A stretch of 64,000 nucleotides of DNA from Ranitomeya imitator (taxonomy: Eukaryota). Below, in pieces: positions 39,201-49,109 of this stretch. Where the stretch lies: the NCBI RefSeq assembly GCF_032444005.1, contig NC_091286.1, positions 68,262,001-68,326,000 of the forward strand, in the 5' to 3' direction. Within the stretch, counting starts at the first letter, position 1; each line of letters starts with the position of its first letter. The notes under the pieces are model-generated. The model was not told the origin of the DNA. It did not search any database and saw nothing but the letters and a program-made list of their open reading frames with translations. The position numbers were made by a program, and so were the translations under genes.

Positions 39201-41007
39201 CTAGCTATTGAACCCGTTCTACGCCCGGGTGGGGAGCATTTATATTGGTATATGGTCTCCATCCTGGTATGTGCTGCTCCATCCTGAGTCCCCATCCTGT
39301 CATGTGCTGCTCCATCCTGCGTCCCCATCCTGTCATGTGCTGCTCCATCCTGTGCCCCCATCCTGTCATGTGCTGCTCCATCCTGCGTCCCCATCCTGTC
39401 ATGTGCTGCTCCATCCTGTGCCCCCATTCTGTCATGTGCTGCTCCATCCTGCATCCCCATCCTGTCATGTGCTGCTCCCATCCTGCGCCCCCGTTCTGTC
39501 ATGTGCTGCTCCCATCCTGCACCCCCGTTCTGTCATGTGCTGCTCCCATCCTGCACCCCCGTTCTGTCATGTGCTGCTCCCATCCTGCGCCCCCGTTCTT
39601 TCATGTGCTGCTCCCATCCAGCGCCCCCGTTCTGTCATGTGCTGCTCCCATCCTGCACCCCCGTTCTGTCATGTGCTGCTCCCATCCTGCGCCTCCATTC
39701 TGTCATTTGCTGCTCCCATCCCGTGCCCCCGTTCTTTCATGTGCTGCTCCCATCCAGCGCCCCCGTTCTGTCATGTGCTGCTCCCATCCTGCGCCCCCGT
39801 TCTGTCATTTGCTGCTCCCATCCTGTCATGTGCTGCTCCCATCCTGCGCCCCCATTCTGTCATGTGCTGCCATCCTGCACCCCCGTTCTGTCATGTGCTG
39901 CTCCCATCCTGCGGCACCGTTCTTTAATTTGCTGCTCCCATCCATATGCCCCATACGCTGCTCCATAGTATATGCCCCGTATCAGGTGGCATAAGTAACA
40001 AATAGCTGTGGCATGAAATGCCACAGCCTCATGCCACAGCAATTTGTTACTTGCGCCACCTGATTCCTTTCCGCCGCCATTTTCTTGGTCCTCCTGCTGG
40101 CGGAATCGGCGCCTGCGCAGTCCACGCTTTCCGGCGCCATTTTCTTGAAGACAGGTGTGTCTTCAAGAAAATGGCGCCGGAAAGCGCGGACTGCGCAGGC
40201 GCCGATTCCAGCAGCAGGACCAAGAAAATGGCAGCGGAAAGGAATCAGGTGGCGTAAATAACAAATTGCTGTGGCATGAAGTGCCACAGCTTCGTGCCAC
40301 AGCAATTTGTTACTTACGCCATTCCTTTCCGCCCATTTTCTTCGTCCTCCTGCTGCCGGAATCGGCGCCTGCGCAGTCCGCGCTTTCCGGCGCCATTTTC
40401 TTCAAGACACACCTGCAGTGTGTCTTCAAGAAAATGGCGCCGGCAGTGTGTCTTCAAGAAAACGGCGCCGGAAAGCGCGGACTGCGCCGGCGCCGATTCC
40501 GGCAGCAGGACCAAGAAAATGGCGGCGGAAAGGAATCAGGTGGCGTAAATAACAAATTGCTGTGGCATGAAGTGCCACAGCAATTTGTTACTTACGCCAT
40601 TCCTTTCCGCCCATTTTCTTCGTCCTCCTGCTGCCGGAATCGGGGCCTGCGCAGTCCGCGCTTTCCGGCGCCATTTTCTTGAAGACACACTCCGGCTCCT
40701 CTGCCTGTGACTCGTCAGAGGGCGGCGCCGGCGCGCATTAAGAGTGTCATAGCGCCCTCTGAACTGTCAAAGCAGAGGAGCCGGGAGACGGAGCCGCACG
40801 CAGCACTGGAACGGGGAAAGGTGAATATACTTACCCTCCTGGCGGTCCCTGACTCTCCGGTGGAGATCGCGGTATGCGTTCAGTGCTTACGCATACCTCG
40901 ATCTCCTGGGAGCGTTACTCTGTAGGGGCCAGACTGCGCCGGCGCTTGCGCCAGCACAGTCTATAAAGGCTTCGGACAGAGTGACGCTCCCAGCGTTATA
41001 TTATAGA
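39201..41007 (-). mobile_element. Non-autonomous Helitron (family 2) inside a Harbinger MADF intron
   Basis: Minus strand A|TCTATAATATAACG ... ACCCGGGCGTAGAACGGGT ... CTAG|T. It splits a LINE/SINE-tail fragment whose halves (39105-39200, 41008-41080) align to the intact copy at about 55515-55670. Confidence 0.82.
39270..39930. repeat. 33-35-bp minisatellite within Helitron family 2
   Basis: About 19 tandem copies of (c)catcctgcgcccccgttctgtcatgtgctgctc. Confidence 0.9.
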
Positions 41008-41991
41008 TCCTTTACAGTAATCAAGTTTACAGTGAGACTGGTACAGAGGGGAGAGGACCCTGTCCTTGCGGAATTACATTCGATCATATTTGAACGAGAA
41101 TAAAAAGCCTTCTGAAATGATTTACATAAAGTTATAAATCATTTTTTTTTTTTTAACAAGAGAAGGACATGGTCCACACCCATGTGTATGAGTTTTGTGT
41201 TAACAAAAATACTACACAACGCAACAACAATATTAGCTATGTACGTAAACACTTGATCGTGTTAATGATGATATTTGCTTTTGACAAAAAATTAGGCAAA
41301 ATATCATACTAAAATTAAAAAAACATATCATCATGTAGGACAAGCATTTTTGAAGGTTACATAATGTCAATCCATTACTGTACTTACAAAGTTTGGTCTG
41401 CTCCGCACATGGCCGTTGGGCATAATCTGGGAGTAAGATCCCACATATGGTCCTCCAGGCTGCCTCTTTCCTGGCCCGATTGGAATAATTAGGATCCCTC
41501 TGGTCCCAGATTTCTGGCCTTTCCTAGACCAGGATGCGGAGCATATGTTTATGATGCTGGCCATGCTGTTTTGAACTCCGTGGAGGCGAGCACCAGACTC
41601 CCAGAATGTCTGTGTGGCTTTTTGAGCTAATTAGCATGTCTGAGCTTCCTGATTGAGGGTTTGCCACAATTCCTTGCACCTGGCGATGTCTGGCGTATTT
41701 CTCGCAAGCCACACTGCTGGTCTGTGTGTAATCCGTATTTTTCTCGCCCCCATAGACTTTCATTGGCGATTTTTTGCGCAATACGGTGACAAACGCAGCA
41801 TGCTGCGATTTTCTATGGCCGTAGAAGACCGTATAATATGGATCAGTAAAATACGGCAGAAAGGAGTTGGGCCATAGAGAATCATTGTACCGTATGCAAT
41901 CCGTATTTTCTGCGCCTCTCATACGTCCGTATAACTCGCTAGTGTGACGCCTGCCTCAATGTCATCACTGTAGTAAGATGTATCTAACTAA

Positions 41992-42263
41992 AGCTACTTT
42001 TACACTTGTCGAGATTTTGCGGCCTGTTTTTGTGGCCCCAATAGATTTCAATGGGGCAGCAAAAACAGGCTGCAATAATTCCACGACGTGCCATATGGCC
42101 GTATTCATGTCCGTGAAAAAAAAAATCTGCAGCATTTTCCGCATCGTGTGCACGTACCCTAAAAGGGCGATCTGCAAGTTTTTTTGTAGTCTGTTATTGC
42201 GGCAGACCGTGACAACTGCAGCAATACGGCCCGCAAAAAAACCCGGTAAGTGTAAAAGTAGCC
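41992..42263. mobile_element. Harbinger-type MITE
   Basis: TAA|AGCTACTTTTACACTT ... AAGTGTAAAAGTAGCC|TAA. Confidence 0.75.
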
Positions 42264-42266
42264 TAA

Positions 42267-42462
42267 GGGCTCCTTTTCACTTGCGAGAAATACGTGTGAG
42301 TCCTGCATGTTAAAACTAAGCTCTGGCGCCGGTATTCCAGAGCGGAGCGTGCGGCTGCATAGCAATACATGGAGCTGCACACTCCGCTCCCAAGCGCTGG
42401 CGCCAGAGCTTGGTTTTAACATGCGAGACTCGCACGTATTTCTCGCAAGTGAAAAGAAGCCC
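42267..42462. mobile_element. Palindromic Harbinger-type MITE sharing a TAA with its neighbour
   Basis: TAA|GGGCTCCTTTTCACTTGCGAGAAATACG ... CGTATTTCTCGCAAGTGAAAAGAAGCCC|TAA. Confidence 0.8.
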
Positions 42463-42985
42463 TAAGAGGAGACTGCCTCTTAATGAAGCAGGTGTGACTC
42501 AACTGCTTTGCCCCTCAGTCCAAAAGAAAAAAAAAAAAGAGAGTTACTCCAGGTAGTGACTGGAGGACATAATATTTAATGGCATAAATGTTGATGAATT
42601 TGGTTCACCATGCCCCATCCAAGCTCTGCCCACTTTATCAGATCTGGCACGGTCCAGCATATAACTAATAAAATATATATATTATATCCTCTGCACTGCG
42701 TGAGAATTTTGTGACCTGCCACAATGTCATGAATTGGGCCTTTAATATCTTTTATATAACTGCAAACAACGTAACAATTCTGTCACTGTAAAGATAAGTT
42801 TACACTTTTCAGTTCTCTTGCAGTCTGGATGTGACTAGTTTGAGAAGCTTCCTTACCCATGTGAACTAAGCCTAAAAGAGATTTACAATAATGCAAATTA
42901 GTGACAGACAATAATGGACATAGTCGCCAGATACGGTGTCATATGCTGTGCAGTGCAACGTCTACTACCAGAAGTGCCACTTTAA

Positions 42986-43306
42986 AGGGACTCTGTCACC
43001 TGAATTTGGCGGGACTGGTTTTGGGTCATATGGGTGGAGTTTTCGGGTGTTTGATTCACCCTTTCCTTACCCGCTGGCTGCATGCAATATTGGATTGAAG
43101 GTCGTTCTCTGTCCTCCATAGTACACGCCTGCGGTGTGCAAGATTGCCTTGTGCAGGCATGTACTATGGAGGACAGAGAATCAACTTCAATCCAATATTG
43201 CAGCCAGCATGCAGCCAGCGGGTAAGGAAAGAGTGAATCAAACACCCGAAAACTCCGCCCATATGACCCAAAACCAGTCCCGCCAAATTCAGGTGACAGG
43301 TTCCCT
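42986..43306. mobile_element. Palindromic T2/Kolobok-type MITE
   Basis: TTAA|AGGGACTCTGTCACC ... GGTGACAGGTTCCCT|TTAA; almost the whole element is an inverted repeat. Confidence 0.88.
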
Positions 43307-44101
43307 TTAAAGACACTAATCTCTGGTTGATACGTGTGTATTGTTACAATGTTTCAAGGATAGAAGACCATAGAAATTACAATTAGGGGGGTCCTATGTG
43401 AACCTTGTCTTCACCTGCTCCCTGAGCAACCATACGGTTTAGGGGTAACCTCAGCATGACCGCTTATGGTCCCATCAATGGCTCGCTTCTTTCATTCCTG
43501 ACCTACATGGCCATGTTCACAGGGAGGGTTTGACAGTGCGGAGAGGATTCCATCAGAATTTGTAGAAAAGAATAAACCGATTTTTTTTTTCTCCACCAGA
43601 CACTATTTGAAATTCTTTGTCACGCTCAAAAAAAAACACTCCCGCAGCAGAGTAGATTTCCCATAGAAACAATAACGCGTTTGAAGAGGGGTTTTTTTTT
43701 GGACAGGTTTATTTCAAAATCCTCCGTGTGAACACAGTCTAGAAGCCCGGGGCCTCTCGTTAGTATGGAGGGTGGCTGAGAACATCTGCTCATTCGCTGC
43801 AGTGGTCAATAAGGGTCTCAGCACCCGGACCCCTTACGGAACAGAACTTCTAAAGTTTTTATTATTCTTGGGGGGGTGACAAACATTGCCCTGAAGGTAC
43901 CGCTGTGGGGTCATCACCAGTGCTGACCCAGGTCGTCCTCTTGCCCTGACCCATGACAAGGGCACTGGGATGGTGCCCGCACAGGCGGCCGTGTGAAGTG
44001 TCAGCTCTGCAGGCGAGCACTGTACACAGGGGGAAGCAGCAGGCACAATGGCAGTACAGGGGATGAGCAGACACAGGATGGGCACAAGAAGCTGTAGCTA
44101 C

Positions 44102-44150
44102 CTTTCTCTTCTCTCCATAGCCTTTTCTTCTTGCTGCCGCCGGTGTACAT
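44102..44150 (-). CDS. MACROD2: MACROD2 coding exon 1 (mono-ADP-ribosylhydrolase, N-terminus)
   Basis: Minus strand ATG TAC ACC GGC GGC AGC AAG AAG AAA AGG CTA TGG AGA GAA GAG AAA G|gtagct gives MYTGGSKKKRLWREEK, matching the recalled human N-terminus MYPSNKKKKVWREEK. Phase-1 GT donor at 44101-44100, inside a CpG-rich region. Confidence 0.93.
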
Positions 44151-44740
44151 GCTGCTGTGCTGCTGCTGCTGCTGGGTGCTGGGCTTTAGCTGCGAGTTCC
44201 CCAGGCTCACACTGTGTGACACAATGGAGGAGAGCGGCACTGCCGGGACCCCTTTATGTTTCCTTCTATGTGTATGGACCGGGCGCAGGAGGAGCGCACA
44301 CACCACAGCTGTGTCTAGGAGGCTGCCCGGCTCTGACACCAGCGGGTCACGCCCCGCACCGCCGCCCCCCGGCCGCTCTCTGCGCGCTCCTATAGGCCGG
44401 GAGATAGGGCCAGTCACTGACAGGGTGGGCGAGCGCTGACAGGACGCTGCGGACACTGCGCATGTGCATGTGCCCCGTGTGTTTGTGGGAGGTGACACGG
44501 AGCGGTGTGACACGGACACGGGGGAACGTGTGAGCCGGAGCTCAGGACGGAAGAGAAAGGTGAACGCACCAGGCAGCAGTGACGTCAGCGGTGCAGACCC
44601 ACACCTAAAGTCTGAGGAGAAGCCCTCAGCAGCCAATCAGGGATTTGCTTTCATTTTACCACAGAGGTGAACGTCTGCAATGTGATTGGTTGCTATGGCC
44701 AACCGCATTGTTGTTATTTTGCCCTGTTGCTATGGCTGAG
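44151..44740. promoter_or_regulatory. CpG-rich promoter/5' UTR of MACROD2, probably bidirectional
   Basis: GC/CpG-rich island. NRF1-like TGCGCATGTGCA 44457-44468, ETS-like CGGAAG near 44548, CRE TGACGTCA 44580-44587, CCAAT 44633-44637, reverse CCAAT 44685-44689, X-box-like GTTGCTATGGCCAAC 44689-44703, half X-box 44726-44735, and a short CAG/CTG run just upstream of the ATG. Confidence 0.75.
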
Positions 44741-45654
44741 TGCTGTAGTATGAGGGAAGCTCTGCAGATTGTTTTGCAGTCCTTCTGCTCCCCACTGCTT
44801 CCAGTTTTCCCTCCTCTCCTTCCAAAACATAAAATCTTTCTTATTTTGTCCTGTCAATAGAATTGTATCAGGAGTTTTTTTTTTTGTAGAGGAGTGAGCG
44901 GTCATTTTTATTATGACCCTTTTGGCGTCTAGACGATTTTCGGATCTTATTATTCCATTAAAAAAACTATGATTTTTTTTTTTCAAATTTAAATTTTTTT
45001 CATTTCAGCCTGTGAAAAGTATCAGCTTGATAAAAGTCGGGACGGTCACACGCTCAGCTATACCCAAAATGTTTGCGGGTTTTATAGATGTTTCCACGTT
45101 CAGGAAACACTGCGTTTTTGACGCGTTGAGCCACAGCGTCAAAAACGCAGGGTCCAGATGTTACAGCATAGTGGAGGGGATTGAATGAAATCCCGTCTCC
45201 ACTATGCATTAAAAGACGCATGCGGCATACCCGCGAAAATGCACATGCAACACATCTTTTAAGAATGCAGCATGTCCTTACATTGCAGAAGAAACAAAAG
45301 GACAACGCAGGTGACCTGCCAGTGACCTCAGGTGCAGATTTGGTCAGTATTTTACCTGCATAAAATCCTGACCAAATCCTGATGCAATCCTGAATGTGGA
45401 AACATACCCTAACAGTGGGACATAAATACAGAAAACTAAAAAACAGACATAAACCCCAATAGGTAACTGGGCATATCAGGAATATGTATCAATCATAAGT
45501 ATAGAAAAGCAATATATGAAACTATTATGTCCAGTAGAAGTGTCTCTATAATATCTGTCAAAAAATACTCAGGCACAGGCATAAAATAGAAAGTGCTGAT
45601 ATAGTATCAAGAGCAGCCTTGAAAAAATTCTAATGAGATAATCTAATGAGTTAA

Positions 45655-45982
45655 AGGGACTCTGTCACCTGAATTTGGTGGGACTGGTTTTGGGTCATAT
45701 GGGCGGAGTTTTCGGGTGTTTAATTCACCCTTTCCTTACCCGCTGGCTGCATGCTGGCTGCAATATTGGATTGAAGTTCATTCTCTGTCCTCCATAGTAC
45801 ACGCCTGCGCAAAGCAAGATTGCCTTGTGCAGGCGTGTACTATGGAGGACAGAGAATGAACGTCAATCCAATATTGCAGCCAGCATGCAGCCAGCGGGTA
45901 AGGAAAGGGTGAATCAAAAACCCGAAAACTCCGCCCATATGACCCAAAACCAGTCCCGCCAAATTCAGGTGACAGGTTCCCT
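45655..45982. mobile_element. Palindromic T2/Kolobok-type MITE, same family
   Basis: Same TIRs and TTAA TSD; nearly identical to 42986-43306. Confidence 0.88.
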
Positions 45983-46002
45983 TTAAGGTCACTGGCATTT
46001 AA

Positions 46003-47429
46003 CCCTTTCATGACATGCGCTGTACTAGTTCTGCGCATGTCATGTCTCCCCCTTTGATGTGGGCTCTGTACACTGTGGCCTCTGTTCACACGGGATGCAT
46101 TTTAGCACTGGGCAGCCCGCCATAGGGCGTTATTAATAGGCTGTAGCCAGATGCTTTGTATTCCTTGTGTGAACACGCCACATACAGAGTATTTTATCTT
46201 AGTGCATTGGTGTACCACACGGCCAAACCCTTATTGAAGTCTGGCTGTTTCATTAGGTATTGCACCTGTGCATTTGCTATTTTGTTTGGGTCCGCTGCAC
46301 CCTGCTTGTGCATTTGTATTGAGGCCTATTTAGACAGGTAAGCATCTTTGCCTGTTTTTGGTGTTTTTTCTTGAATGTGTCCTTTTTTGGTGTTTTTCCG
46401 TTAAATGCCGCTGTCAAATGCTTGACAGCGGCATTTAACGCACTCTACCGACCATCGCACCAGAAATCGGTGACCCCATCATATGATCGTGGGTCACCGA
46501 TGGATTGGCATGACAACCAGAGGTCTCCTGGAGACCTCTATGCTTGTCACTGCCGGATTGCTCTGAGTGCTGCCCGGTGGTCGGCTCTCATAGCAAGTGA
46601 GACATTCTGCTACATACAGGTGATCCGATAATTGCCTGTATGTAGCAGAGCCGATCGGGTTATGGCAACTCCTAGAAACAAAAAAAAAAAGTTGTAAAAA
46701 TATAAAAAAAATTAACCCACTTTTGCCCCATTCAAAAGAAAATAAAAAAATAAACATACACATATTTGGTATCGCCGTGTTCAGAATCGCCCGATTTATC
46801 AATAAAAAAAAAAATATTAGCCTGATCACAAAACGACGTAGCGAGAATAAAAGTCAAAACAGTAGAATTATGTTTTTTGGTCACCGCAACATTGCTTTAA
46901 AATGCAATAACGGGCGATCAAAAGATCATATCTGCACCAATATGGTAACTATAAAAACGTCAGCTTGGCATGCAAAAAATAAGCCATCATCCAACCCGAG
47001 ATCATGAAAAATGGAGACGCTACGGGTATCGGAAAATGGCACAATTTGTTTTTTTTAACACATTTTGGATTTTTTTTCACCTCTTAAATAAAAAAGAACC
47101 TAGACATGTTTGGTGTCTATGAACTCAAAATGACCTGGAGAATCTTAATGTCTTAATGGGCAGGTCAGATTTAGCATTTGGTGAACATGGTAAAAAAAAA
47201 ATCCAAAACATGTTGTGGAATTGCACTTTTTTTTGCAATTTCACCTCACTTGGAATTTTTTTTCCCATTTTTGAGTAAAGATATGGTAAAACCAATGGTG
47301 TTGTTCAAAAGTACAACTTATCCCGCAAAAAACAAGCCCTCACATGGCCATATTGAATGAAAAATGAAAAAGTTATGGATCTGAGAAGAAGTGGAGCGAA
47401 AAATGAAAAAGGTCTTCGTCTCAAAGGGG
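46003..47429. mobile_element. Smaller TTAA piggyBac-like non-autonomous element
   Basis: TTAA|CCCTTTCATGAC ... GTCTCAAAGGGG|TTAA; internal similarity to the large copies. Confidence 0.65.
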
Positions 47430-47532
47430 TTAATGAATAGACCACCAGGTTAAGTCACAGTATCATAGTGAAGTGCTCAGATACATCAGTTCATGAGTCA
47501 AGGCACATGGGATAATATATAAAAAGAACATA

Positions 47533-49109
47533 CAGTGGGGAAAAAAAGTATTTAGACAGCCAACAATTGTGCAAGTTCTCCCACTTAAAAAGATGAGAGG
47601 ACTGTAATGGACATCATAGATAGACCACAACTATAAGAATCAAAATGAGAAAACAATCCAGAAATTCGCCTTGTCTGATTTGGCAATACTTATTTTGCAA
47701 ATTATGGTGGAACATAAGTTTTTGGTCAAAAGTTAATCTCATTATTTTGTTATATATCCTTTGTTGGCAATGACAAAGGTCAAACGTTTTCTGTAAGTCT
47801 TCACAAGGTTGGCACAGACTGTTGGTTGAATGTTGGCCCATTCCTCCATGCAGGTCTCCTTAGAACAGTGATGTTTTGGGCCTGTCGCTGGGCAACATGG
47901 ACTTACAACTCCCTCCAAAGGTTTTCTAAGGTGTTGAGATCTGGAGACTGGCTAGGCCACTCCAGGACCTTCATATGCTTCTTATAAAGCCACTCCTTCT
48001 TGCCCTGGCGTTGTGCTTGAGATCATTATCATGCTGAAAGACCCTTCCACATTTCATCTTCAATGCCCTTGCTTATGGAAGGAGGTTTGCACTCAAAATC
48101 TCACAGTGCATGGCCCCATTCATTCTTTCATGTACAGGGATCAGTCGTCCTGGTCCCTTTGCAGAGAAACATCCCCAAAGCATGATGTTGCTACCCCCAT
48201 GCTTCACATGGTATGGTGTTCTTTGGATGCAACTCAGCATTCTGTCTCCTCCAAACCTGAAGAGTTTTGTTTCTACCAGTTCTACTTTGGTTTCATCAGA
48301 CCATATGACATTCTCCCAATTCTCTTCTGGATAATCCAAATGCTGTCTAGCAAATTTCAGACGGGCCCGGACATGCACTGGCTTAAGCAGGGAGACACGT
48401 TTGGCACTGCAGGATCTGAGTCCCTGGCGGCGCAGTGTGTTACTGATAGTAGCCTTTGTTATGGTGGTTCCAGCTCTATGTAGGTCAAGCACTAGGTCCC
48501 CCCATGTAGTTCTGGGATTTTTGCTCACTGTTCTTGTGATCATTTTGACCCCACGGGTTGAGATCTTGCGTGGAGCCCCAGATTGAGGGAGATTATCAGT
48601 GGTCTTGTACATCTTCCATTTTCTTATTATTGCTCCCACAGTTTGTTTCAACCAAGCTGCTTGCCTATTGCAGATTCAGTCTTCCCAGCCTGCTGCATGG
48701 CTGCAATTTTGTTTCTGGTGTCCTTGGACAGCACTTTGGTTTTCACCATAGTGGAGTTTGGAGTGTGACTGTTTGAGGTTGTGCACAGGTGCCTTTTATA
48801 GTGATAACAAGTTCAAACAGGTGCCATTACTACAGGTAATGAGTGGAGGACAGAGGAGCCTCTTGAAGAAGTAACAGGTCTGTGAGAGCCAGAAATCTTG
48901 CATGTTTTTAGGTGACCAAATACTTATTTTCTACCATAATTTGCTAAATAAATCTTGCCAAATCAGACAAGGTGATTTTCTGCATTTGTTTTCTCATTTT
49001 GACTCTCATAGTTGTGGTCTACCTATGATGTCAATTACAGGCCTCTCTCATCTTTTTAAGTGGGAGAACTCGCACAATTGGTGGCTGACTAAATACTTTT
49101 TCCCCACTG
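47533..49109 (-). mobile_element. Tc1 element, same family as 28978-30581, more decayed
   Basis: TIR cagtggggaaaaaaagtatttag with TA TSD. ORF 48651-48073 ...[24 protein letters not shown]...WSDETKVE; colinear similarity to the 29-kb copy. Confidence 0.93.

Larger units (their letters stand above)
37303..41564 (-). pseudogene. Harbinger MADF/Myb-like DNA-binding partner gene, 3 exons (about 41564/41544-41388, 39016-about 38868, about 38290-37303)
   Basis: Exon 1: MLRILV*ERPEIWDQRDPNYSNRARKEAAWRTICGILLPDY (MADF W motifs), phase-1 gtaagt donor. Exon 2: (L)DDVMTRWRSIRDQYRRERR...KKKKYIYYDQLSFL. Exon 3 carries a BESS-like EEAFACSLARYLRPL segment. Stops at about 41524-41526 (TAG) and 38191-38193 (TAA). 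The exon 2/3 junction is not resolved. Confidence 0.85.
35144..41955. mobile_element. Full-length PIF/Harbinger DNA transposon (two convergent genes, inactivated)
   Basis: Terminal inverted repeats (TIRs) GGCCGGCGTCACACT (35144) and AGTGTGACGCCTGCC (ends 41955), flanks TAA/TCA. Contains a DDE transposase gene (+) and a MADF gene (-) tail to tail. Confidence 0.9.

Noticed and set aside
39146-39994. Long Cys/His/Pro-rich ORFs
   Set aside because: They are translations of the 33-35-bp minisatellite, open in several frames.
41388-41544. MADF exon 1 spliced to MACROD2 exon 2 as a MADF-macrodomain fusion
   Set aside because: Both are phase 1, but the junction codon is T+AG = TAG (stop), and MADF exon 1 has its own in-frame TAG.
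44102-44150. MACROD1 instead of MACROD2
   Set aside because: The MY...KKK..WREEK-ERLL start matches MACROD2; MACROD1 has a long, different N-terminus.
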